A DNA stretch of 11,236 nucleotides from Octopus sinensis (Eukaryota), in contig NW_021827059.1 in assembly GCF_006345805.1 (NCBI RefSeq), forward strand, positions 1 through 11,236. The letters are read 5' to 3'. This document shows, one piece after another, positions 1 to 8,061 of the stretch. Positions within the stretch are counted from its first letter, which is position 1. Every line of letters starts with the position of its first letter. A model generated the notes under the pieces. It did not search any database, had not been told where the DNA came from, and saw nothing but the letters and a program-made list of their open reading frames with translations. The translations under genes were made by a program, and so were the position numbers.

Positions 1-72
1 GTGTGTGTGGTATTTTGTGTGTATGTGTGACGCTGTGTTTGTGTATATATATATATTATATATATAATAATA
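1..72. repeat. Degenerate (TG)n followed by (TA)n microsatellite
   Basis: Directly visible GT/TG-rich run turning into TATATA repeats. Confidence 0.85.
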
Positions 73-73
73 C

Positions 74-237
74 GCGCTGTGGCTGTATGGCAAGTAACAC
101 ACTTCCCAATCACATGATTCCGGATTCATTCCTTCTGCATGGCACCTTGGTCTAGTGTCTTCTAATATAACCTCGAATCAACGAAAGACATATGACTGGT
201 ATGGTAGACGGAAGCTGAAAGAAGCCCGTCGTATATA
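74..237 (+). mobile_element. SINE type A, diverged 5' portion (tRNA-like head plus CORE-like segment), truncated at its internal (TA) tract
   Basis: Aligns by eye with the copies at 5049-5370 and 10652-11068: GTGGCTGTATGG, CACATGATTCCGGATTCATTCC, GGCACCTTGG..AGTGTCTTCT, TGGTAGACGGAAGCTGAAAGAAGCCCGTCGTATATA. Confidence 0.9.
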
Positions 238-867
238 CGTCTCCACAAGGGGAGCCAACCGAACAGAACGATAAGCTTGTCGACCGAAAAAAATGTCACC
301 AGTAAACGTACTAACAGTCATCCGCTTGCGGGAAAAAAAATATAAATACATCTGAGCGCAAAACTTACCACTACAAGCGAAAGCGTCTACGGGAAGAGGA
401 TCAGAGAAACTGTAAACCTAATTTTTTTTTTTTTTTACTATTTTTATTTCTCTTTTGTTTTTTCCCTCTTAACTCAGTATGACTTGTCGACCACCACTAA
501 CATTAATGAACCATGTATATTCAAAGAAATTGATATACAGTTTTTAATTTTATTGACTGCTACGAACAATCAAACTTACATCTGTCCTCCTAATTGATAA
601 TGCTAAATGTATCTGCTTTGAAGATGTCAATTTGTCAACATTAAAGCATTTTAATTTCTCAACATTGAAACAATTAAAGATGTCTTTCTAATTCATAACT
701 TTAAAGTTTTGCCATTGATAAGCAAAAAATATTGTTGGAAATAGTTTGGTGTATATGTAAATAAATGTATTTTAAACAATTACAAGCTTTCGAAAATTAG
801 GTGCATTTTCAACAACACACATTTCCCTATAATTTTTTCTATGTGGAAGCACACCCCTCTTTTGTTT

Positions 868-980
868 TATATATATATATATATATATACATATATTTAA
901 CGGGAAGGTTTACGAAAATAAACAGAAGACGAAGGCAGGTGGAGTACAAACAAACAAATGTATTAGTATATATATATACA
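868..980. mobile_element. ~70-bp probable repeat fragment (897-969) embedded between (TA)n tracts
   Basis: Purine-rich TTAACGGGAAGGTTTACGAAAATAAACAGAAGACGAAGGCAGGTGGAGTACAAACAAACAAATGTATTAGT flanked by (TA)n on both sides. It resembles, from memory, an abundant octopus repeat terminus; no second copy in the window. Confidence 0.4.
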
Positions 981-1341
981 TAAATATAAAAAGCTTCAGC
1001 TCTTTTAATTTATTATTCTTGAGCCATAACACTGATAAGTCTTCTATTCATATGTTGTTGTTTTTATGGATTTATTCAAGTATCGATATCGATTGAGTAG
1101 ACTTCGATCACCAGTATTGACGTGGATTCGATCTCTTCTTCTGTTGTACCGCATACTTGATTGGTGAATGTGTATCTACGTGTTTAGTTAATGAAAGCCA
1201 TTGCAGTGGTTGTGTGTAGATAAATCTGTTCCATGTTATACACATTAAACACAGGACAGCAACCGTTAGGATGATATTTTCTGTTTCATAGGCCAGCAGC
1301 ACCCTAATGAAGTGGAGTCGACCGAGGGAGTTGCGTCTACT

Positions 1342-1452
1342 TGGTTGGTTGACGTGCTAGAAGAAGCTGCTAAATCGACTTCAAATCACATTACTCTAGT
1401 GTCTTAATAAAGATATTGACAAGATATTGGATGATGTGATTGTAGATTCATT
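1342..1452. mobile_element. Possible highly diverged interspersed repeat fragment
   Basis: TGGTTGGTTGACGTGCTAGAAGAAGCTGCTAAATC..TCAAATCACA..GTCTTAA..ATTGGATGATGT resembles, from memory, an octopus repeat. Not verifiable within the window. Confidence 0.3.
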
Positions 1453-1478
1453 ACGTCTAACGCAGGTCGTAATGCATG

Positions 1479-1677
1479 TTTCTAATTTTGACACGAGACC
1501 AGAGGTTTTAGGGTTGGGTGCAAATTGCTTATATCGACCACTGTACTTGATTGGTGATTTATTTTATTGACACTGAAATGATGTAATACAAAGTTGATCC
1601 CAGCAGTATTTGAATTCTGAAAGAAATGTCACTAAGGATTGTGTCAGACCGGCTAACGATTCTGCTTGATCACCTCC
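1479..1677 (-). mobile_element. SINE type B, diverged copy
   Basis: Reverse complement matches the intact copy at 2634-2863: GCTAACGATTCTGC (head), TTTGAATTCTGAA (B-box region), TGATTGGTGATTTATTTTATTGACACTGAAATGATGTAATACAAAGTTGA (central domain). Confidence 0.8.
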
Positions 1678-1824
1678 TCTTTAAACATTGCAATGAATAT
1701 TAATGACTTTTACACGTTTTGTCTCGATGTGAAGTGTTCAATCAAGACGAAATTGGAGTTAGACAAGAAAGCCGTAAAAAACAATATAACAGTGGAAAAG
1801 TCTTTAGAGAATGACGGCAAATTT

Positions 1825-1964
1825 AAGATAATGAATGACAAGAGGCGTAATAATATGGGGCAAAGAACTTGCGGTATTATTCTGATTCTTTACATTTTCA
1901 TTCGAAGTCCCACTAAAGTCAGCTGTGCCTTTCATCATTCTGTGGTTGATAATAAAATGGAACC
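1825..1964 (+). mobile_element. SINE type B, very diverged copy
   Basis: CTTGCGGTATT, TTCGAAGTCCCACTAAAGTCAGCTGTGCCTTTCATCATTCTGTGGTTGATAA are colinear with 2634-2775. Confidence 0.65.
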
Positions 1965-2551
1965 TCCCAGAAAGATGAAACAAAGGAAGCGTTAAAATAC
2001 CTTTTCTGATTAATTCATTCTAAGTTCTTGGATACTCCAATAAATCTAGCGACTGCTTAACACTATCTCAGAATGCATGAAGATGTTAAGGTTAGAGCTA
2101 CACTATAAGAATGAACATGTGTATCCAAGTTAAATTAACATTTAGAAATAAAATCAGGCCACATTTTAAACAATTATCGTTTGCTGGATTACAAAGAGAC
2201 ACGCATGAGTATAGTACCTTTCTTTAAATGGCGTACAGGAACAACAAAATCGCTTCCAGCATAAAGAAAAATACTCGTCGCAATGCAAATGTTAAACATT
2301 TTATTGTCTTAAACTATTGAAAAAAGTGGTGACCTTAAACTAATCAGTAAACATATTTTATTATACGAAAAGTTTCAATATTCTGAAAGTTTCATAAAAA
2401 ATAAATGAAGCTACGAAGTTACACAATTCGACATCGTAGAATATTATCCATTCCTTTGTATTTTTCTGAGATGTTTACAGTTGGGGATACTATGTGCTCC
2501 ATACGCATTAAATTGAATAATGACTGCAAGGAAGATGTACTATTTTATAGC

Positions 2552-2617
2552 AGTATAAATTCTGCAGTGTTCGATTTCGCCTTTCATCCATTCAGCGTCG
2601 ATAAAGTAAGTACCAGT
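2552..2617 (+). mobile_element. SINE type B, older fragment (B-box remnant plus central domain) interrupted by a younger copy
   Basis: AAATTCTGCAGTGTTCGATTTCGCCTTTCATCCATTCAGCGTCGATAAAGTAAGTACCAGT matches 2713-2773. Confidence 0.8.
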
Positions 2618-2633
2618 TAGGTATGAGTCCACA

Positions 2634-2863
2634 AGGCGGCGAGCTGGCAGTGTCGTTAGCACGCCGGATGAAATGCTTTGCGGTATTTCGTCTGCCGCTA
2701 CGTTCTGAGTTCAAATTCCGCCGAGGTCGACGTTGCCTTCCATCAGTTTGGAGTCGATTAAATAAGTACCAGTTACGCACTGGGATCGATATAATCGACT
2801 TAATCCGTTTGTCTGTCCTTGTTTGTCCCCTCTGTGTTTAGCCACTTGTGGATAGTAAAAAAA
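2634..2863 (+). mobile_element. SINE type B, near-intact, with Pol III A/B boxes, Nin/Deu-like central domain and 16-bp target-site duplication
   Basis: A-box-like TGGCAGTGTCG (2645-2655); B box GAGTTCAAATTCC (2707-2719); GTCGACGTTGCCTTCCATC..GTCGATTAAATAAGTACCAG resembles the Nin/Deu SINE domain; A-rich end; flanking direct repeats TAGGTATGAGTCCACA (2618-2633) and TAGGTATGGGTCCACA (2864-2879), 15/16 identical. Confidence 0.92.
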
Positions 2864-3316
2864 TAGGTATGGGTCCACATTTTCAGTAGCGCTATACTCC
2901 AACATTGCAGACCATGTTTCTATATCCGAAAAGATTATTTTACGATAACACTTATTGGTTAAGAACTAGGAAATAAAAATTTCGGCTATATGCATGAAAG
3001 CCGGCGATGGAGCAGGGATATCAGTTTTAGTCTAAAATTAGCTCAGCGTTAAGTAAAATAAGCTATAAAGGGATGACGAATTATCACATTTTGTAATGTA
3101 TGCGATACAAAAAATTTGCAAACCGTTAATTAGTATTTCTACAGAGGTCCTGATGGAAAAGGACATTCAAATATGTTTGCCAGTTAGAATTATCGCCGTC
3201 AATATCATTCTTGTTGTTACTAATATTATCATTAATAAACAGGAAAGCATCATGTATGCATATCTCGTAAAATTTTAAAATTTTAACCTGTATTGTGTCT
3301 TATTAAATAAATGTTA

Positions 3317-3411
3317 CACACACACACACCACACACATATTATATATATATATAATATATATAATATATATATATATAATATATACAAAATAAAAATATA
3401 TAGATAGATAA

Positions 3412-3467
<56 letters not shown>

Positions 3468-3590
3468 GTGAATACATACATATATAACATAATTACAAAC
3501 ATAGATATATGTGAGTGTGCGAGTGTATGTATTTGCATATGCTTGTGTGTGTATATATATATAAATATATATACTTACATACATATATAT

Positions 3591-3635
<45 letters not shown>

Positions 3636-3740
3636 GATATATATATATATATCGGTGTGTTTTCATATATTTATATACATATAATACACGATCACACACA
3701 TTGGTACGCACCCACACACACACACACAACACATATATAA
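3317..3740. repeat. Compound microsatellite: (CA)n, (TA)n, (TAGA)n at 3401-3467, (TG)n, (TACA)n
   Basis: Directly visible; source of the YLSI/YI/HT ORFs in the track. Confidence 0.95.
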
Positions 3741-4426
3741 TTACAATGTTTACCAGAAGTTTCCTGACGTTACAACTAAATCTTCGTTAATTAGTATTTT
3801 TTTTTTGTATATTAATTAGCTTTTCAGTATGATTTACTTTATTTTATCGTTATCTTTTTGTCTAATATTTTAACTTTACATAAATTCTCTGACGCTCTAA
3901 TGAATATTATTGTCTTTCTTTATTTATCCATTATTTAAAATTTCATTTACTTCATTTAATTTTGAGATTGTGATGTCAAATTATCCTCAAACACATTAAC
4001 ACTAATAAAACTTTGAAATATTATCCTTATTAATTAACTAAAGTTTTCTAATTGATCGTGATTCATCAATTATTGGATTTTTTTTGTAGCATTCTGGAAG
4101 CAATTTTTTTATTTTTAATTACGCGAATAATATGAAATCTTACTTTTACATGTAGCTCGTTTAACACTATCACATTCTATGTGGTGTTTCATTAACGATT
4201 ATACACACGTATCTAACAGGAACTGCTCCAAGGTATCTTTAATATATTTAATTATATATCAATATCTATCAGGAAATGCTTTGAGGTCACGTTCATATAC
4301 AAGTTGCTAAATATTTCTGCTCTTCTCTGTGTTTCATTTTATTTTTCTTGTAAATTTTCAGATATGTTTCTGTAAAAAAATCTGTTACACATTCCAGTAC
4401 ACAAAATTGTGTAAATGTTCCGACAC

Positions 4427-4590
4427 TCACATATGCACGCACAAAAACACACAAATTCAGACACAGACACAAATATGTAAATATGGCTATATATCCTTAT
4501 ATATATATGAGCGTAAGTGCAGTGTGTGTGTATGTGCATATAGGTATGTGTGTATGCGTATATTTGTGTGTATATATATATATATACATA
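4427..4590. repeat. Degenerate CA/TA/TG low-complexity tract
   Basis: Directly visible dinucleotide-rich sequence. Confidence 0.75.
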
Positions 4591-4845
4591 ATTAAGATGA
4601 GGGTGAAAAATTAATATTAATTTGATAACATCAATTTAAAACCAGTGGTCTAGCATATTAAAAGACTGAGGTACAGTAATTAGTATTACATACATATAAG
4701 AGGAGAATTACCACTATGTAGAAACCCTTATGCTAAAAGAAGATCCTCTATGGTCTTACCACAAATCAAATGAAAAGTTGTTACTTTTCATAGCGGATCT
4801 TCTTCTAGCATAAGGATTTCCACATAGTGGTAATTCCCTCTTAAA
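4591..4845. mobile_element. (TA)n-flanked element with a long inverted repeat; possibly a Penelope-like element remnant
   Basis: Arms 4697-4752 and 4789-4843 are reverse complements with 4 substitutions and 1 indel, and (TA)n lies on both sides. The Penelope assignment is inferred from the inverted partial-terminal-repeat architecture only. Confidence 0.55.
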
Positions 4846-4996
4846 ATATATATATATGTGTGTGCCTGTGTCATATACCTTTCTCGCATACCATATATAA
4901 TAGGAAGATTTGGCGAGCATCATACATTCTGAGTTATATAGCATTTATTTCGCCAACAATCAGTAATTTTATGCAACCGTAATGACCATGTACAGG

Positions 4997-5048
<52 letters not shown>
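4997..5048. repeat. (TA)n microsatellite
   Basis: Directly visible. Confidence 0.97.
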
Positions 5049-5051
<3 letters not shown>

Positions 5052-5365
5052 TAGCTGTGTGGTAAGTAGCTTGCTTACCAACCACATGTTTCCGGCTTCC
5101 TTCCCACTGCGTGGCAACTTGGAAAGTGTCTTCTACTATAGCCTTGGGCCGACCAAGGCCTTGTGAGTGTATTTGGTAGAGGGAAACTAAAAGAAGCCCG
5201 CCGTATATATGTATGTGTGTGTATATGTTTGTGTGTTCGGCAAAAGAGACCGATAGAATAAGTACTAGGCTTACAAAGAATAAGTCCTGGGGTCGATTTG
5301 CTCGACTAAACGTGGTGCTCCAGCATGGCCGCAGTCAAATGACTGTAACGAGTAAAAGAGTTAAA

Positions 5366-5370
<5 letters not shown>
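5049..5370 (+). mobile_element. SINE type A, near full length with ~70-nt internal deletion
   Basis: Colinear with 10652-11068 from the head (GCTGTGTGGTAAGTAGCTTGCTTACCAACCACATG) to the tail (GCTCCAGCATGGCCGCAGTCAAATGACTG..AGTAAAAGAG). It lacks the segment equivalent to ~10867-10935, and the B box is damaged (GGCTTCCTTCCC). Confidence 0.95.
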
Positions 5371-5425
<55 letters not shown>

Positions 5426-5460
5426 GAGAGAGAGAGAGAGAGGGTTAAATAGAGGATTAA

Positions 5461-5496
<36 letters not shown>
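5369..5496. repeat. (TA)n followed by two (GA)n tracts
   Basis: Directly visible. Confidence 0.95.
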
Positions 5497-5499
<3 letters not shown>

Positions 5500-5540
5500 C
5501 AACTTCTAGACCATACCAGTACTTGTATAGCAGAGGTATA

Positions 5541-5862
5541 ATATATATTAATGCACACAGAGTATGAGAAAAATTGCTTTTTATTAATAATTGATAGATT
5601 TAACTGATATCAAATTTGTATGATTCTGAAAAGTGTAAGCTCTGAGGAACGTCCAGCTGTGTTGCAGACACTATTGTTTCAATTATTTCTGAAACGATAG
5701 AATATATACAGAATGCACCGTAGCTTCAGGTTCTTCAAAAATTTTAAGTTAAGAAAAAAAAACAAAAACATACGAATATCAAACTAGTTAAGCGTATTAA
5801 TATTAAATACAAGTAGCATTTCTCATACGCTCCGTCTATCTTCAAGTTCTTTTAATATATAT
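5541..5862. mobile_element. (TA)n-flanked element with imperfect subterminal inverted repeats; possibly Penelope-like derived
   Basis: GTATGAGAAA (5562-5571) pairs with TTTCTCATAC (5819-5828), extendable to GAG..TGCT / AGCA..CTC. There is an internal CTGAGGA motif and an 11-bp hairpin (5671-5700). Family assignment is inference. Confidence 0.45.
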
Positions 5863-6058
5863 ATATATAATATATATACTATATAGATATTATATATATA
5901 TATATGTATATTATAAATATATATATATACATACTTATAGATCATTCATACATATATACATTTAATATATGTAAAAACATAAAATACATGTATATGTATG
6001 TATCTATATACCACCTATATATATCTACATATCTATAATATATACATATAATAGTCTG

Positions 6059-6097
<39 letters not shown>

Positions 6098-6135
6098 ATA
6101 CATATATATCTATACATATATATACGAATACATTT

Positions 6136-6172
<37 letters not shown>

Positions 6173-6184
6173 ACACACACACAC

Positions 6185-6220
<36 letters not shown>
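5855..6220. repeat. Compound (TA)n/(TG)n/(CA)n microsatellite region
   Basis: Directly visible. Confidence 0.93.
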
Positions 6221-6222
<2 letters not shown>

Positions 6223-6779
6223 TGTATATTTATGTGTATGTTCTTTTGTCTTCTTAATTATTCAAATGCTCCCTCTGAGCAAGCAGATGGTTTCTATCAA
6301 AAACACAATTCTCAGTCGTTGGTATGCGTAAATATAGCAAAAACAATATCATATTTCAAAACTTGAAAAATGTATTGCATATTTTTATTCTTCCATTTAC
6401 ATATTGTATTTGAAATGTGCCATGTAACTTATTGATTTCGTTTTCTGAAAAGCCGAGCTTGCCCAAATTGTCTGTTAGCTATATGTTCATAATACCATGT
6501 GCATCAATTATTAAGTGGTATAAATGTGAATTTATTACCGGTATATAGCATGTGAAGGTTTCTGTTCAATTGTCCGTTGTTATCCTTTTATTCTTTTGTT
6601 TTCAAAGATACGTTGACATCAGCGTGTCAGCTGACCTACGTGAAAGTGCATACAGTAATATCCGGCGCGTTATGTTAAGACTTAATACATGTTTTGATGG
6701 GAATACTTCATCAATATCTCTTGTGTTGATATCTGTATATGTATCTGATAACAGCGAGGTTTCACTATGTTTATCTCAG

Positions 6780-6826
6780 CAGTCATTTGACTGTGGCCAT
6801 GCTGGGGCACCGCCTTTAGCCGAGCA
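6780..6826 (-). mobile_element. SINE type A, 3'-end fragment
   Basis: CAGTCATTTGACTGTGGCCATGCTGGGGCACCGCCTTTAGCCGAGCA is the reverse complement of ~11000-11046 with few mismatches. Confidence 0.92.
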
Positions 6827-6827
6827 T

Positions 6828-6931
6828 GGTTGCGTATTATACACAAGGTTTAGGTTTTTCAGAAGTACAGCCCCCTAAAAATCACCTGCGTATTATACTC
6901 AGGGGTGGACTATACTCGAAGATTTACGGTA
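6828..6931. mobile_element. One terminus of a Tc1/mariner-superfamily (Tc2/pogo-like) non-autonomous DNA transposon
   Basis: On the minus strand it reads TA-CCGTAAATCTTCGAGTATAG, resembling the CCGTA-starting TIR plus TA target typical of Tc2-like elements. Subterminal direct repeats are TGCGTATTATACAC (6831-6844), TGCGTATTATACTC (6887-6900) and TGGACTATACTC (6906-6917). No partner TIR was found. Confidence 0.7.
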
Positions 6932-7080
6932 AAAAACCTTACCCGACAATCATTTTTATAGGTCTGCTGGTTATTTGGCAACTATCCTCTTATATGTAGG
7001 GTTTAGAGAAAGTAAAACAAGTAGCAGATATTCGGTCATAAAACGTCTGACCTGATATGTATGAATTCACGTTCGTCCCT

Positions 7081-7353
7081 GCGAAGGCGTATGACTTTGT
7101 GTTTAGCGTATTCGGCTCGCTTTTCTAAGTTCGTGTGTTCGATTCATGGCGGCGAGGTTTGTTCTTGAGCGGAGAAATGTGAGTAGTACCTATACTTGAA
7201 AGGAGTAAACCTTATCGCATTATGTGTCACGCTGAAACCTCTCTGAGAACTATGATAATGCTACACATGTCTGTGAAGAGTCCAACCAATTGCACGTTAA
7301 TTTCGATGTGTAGGCTTTTCAGTTGATCTATCGTCGCAACCGACGAAGTGCCA
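7081..7353 (+). mobile_element. SINE type C, diverged tRNA-derived SINE (possibly octopus OR-type)
   Basis: Head GCGAAGGCGTATGACTTTGTGTTTAG (decayed A box); B box GTTCGATTC (7137-7145); CORE-like TGTTCTTGAGC; tail GTGTCACGCTGAA..GAGAACTA..TGTCTGTG..TTGCACGTTAATTTC..TCGTCGCAACCGACGAAGTGCCA recognised from memory as an octopus SINE tail. Confidence 0.72.
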
Positions 7354-7512
7354 GTCCGTTCCACTGACATATGCCTGTAGCTTGTTTAATCGATCTTGAA
7401 ACAATGGACAAAAAATGAGGCGTGCCACCGTTCCGATACCTGAAACTAACACCCCCGTAGTATGTTATCTAGTGTAATAATCCTATATAGTAAGATGATA
7501 GTACTGCTATTG

Positions 7513-7586
7513 TCTTCTTCTTCTTCTTCTTCTTCTTCTTCTTCTTCTTCTTCTTCTTCTTCTTCTTCTTCTTCTTCTTCTTCTTC
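7513..7586. repeat. Perfect (TCT)n / (GAA)n trinucleotide repeat, ~25 units
   Basis: Directly visible; gives the poly-Ser of ORF 7462..7644. Confidence 0.98.
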
Positions 7587-7868
7587 CAATCAGGACTCAC
7601 ACCATTGGCCACAAAGAATAATCTCTAATTCGAGTCTACTGTAAGCTAGTAAGAATGCGTGCGGTAACTTGAAGATCCACCCACCAACGCGATAGACTGG
7701 TGGTTGCATGGGCGCGAAAGCCACGTCGTTATCCTCATTCCGTAAACGGTGGATTTTATCGGGTGGAGAGCTGAACCATCCTGGGGTACAGAGGATTCGC
7801 AATCTAGACTAGGGTCTGGAAGTTTACCACAACATAGTGGGTTACGCCATGGTTCCTCTGCTTTGTGG

Positions 7869-8061
7869 CAGAAGTAGGAAGAAAGAGTGAGAGAAAGCTG
7901 TGGTGAAAAAGTACAGTGGGGTTCACCCCCACCCGCGGGAGCCTCGTGGAGCTTAGGTGTTTTTGCTCAATAGATACTCACAATGCCCAGTCTGAGAATA
8001 GAAACCGCGTTCTTACGACCGCAAGTCCGCTGCCCTGACCACTGAGCCATTGCGCCTCCAC
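7869..8061 (-). mobile_element. SINE type D, 5' half of a tRNA-derived SINE (possibly octopus OR-type)
   Basis: Minus strand reads GTGGAGGCGCAA-TGGCTCAGTGG (perfect A box, 8039-8049)-TCAGGGCAGCGGACTTGCGGTCGTAAGAACGC-GGTTTCTATTCTC (decayed B box, 7994-8006), then a body ending in a pyrimidine-rich stretch. Confidence 0.85.

Noticed and set aside
341-480. TATAAATA box (341-348) and strong plus-strand acceptor (T-tract, CAG ending 477)
   Set aside because: Both are frequent by chance in such AT-rich DNA; no convincing downstream donor or coding frame.
1081-1093. Palindrome ATCGATATCGAT containing the DRE word TATCGATA
   Set aside because: Isolated short motif with no other promoter evidence.
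1666-1995. 109-aa ORF
   Set aside because: Non-ATG start; the second half lies in a decayed SINE-B; no recognisable domain.
2405-2905. ORFs overlapping SINE-B (likewise 4920-5452 and 10616-10897 for SINE-A)
   Set aside because: They translate SINE sequence; such peptides are typical spurious predictions.
3303-3790. Five overlapping ORFs of 74-101 aa
   Set aside because: Translations are YI/YLSI/HT/CV repeats produced by stop-free microsatellites.
4329-4595. Cys-rich ORF after an acceptor-like TTTTCAG (4361)
   Set aside because: The cysteines come largely from TG/CA low-complexity sequence; no ATG start and no recognisable disulfide pattern.
6552-6878. 108-aa ORF with a signal-peptide-like N-terminus
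   Set aside because: Starts at GTG, the hydrophobic stretch is just a T-rich tract, and the C-terminus runs through SINE and transposon fragments.
7462-7644. Poly-serine ORF
   Set aside because: Produced by the (TCT)n microsatellite.
7990-8061. tRNA gene (also considered at 2634, 7081 and 10652)
   Set aside because: A/B boxes are present, but I could not build a full cloverleaf and the heads continue into SINE bodies.
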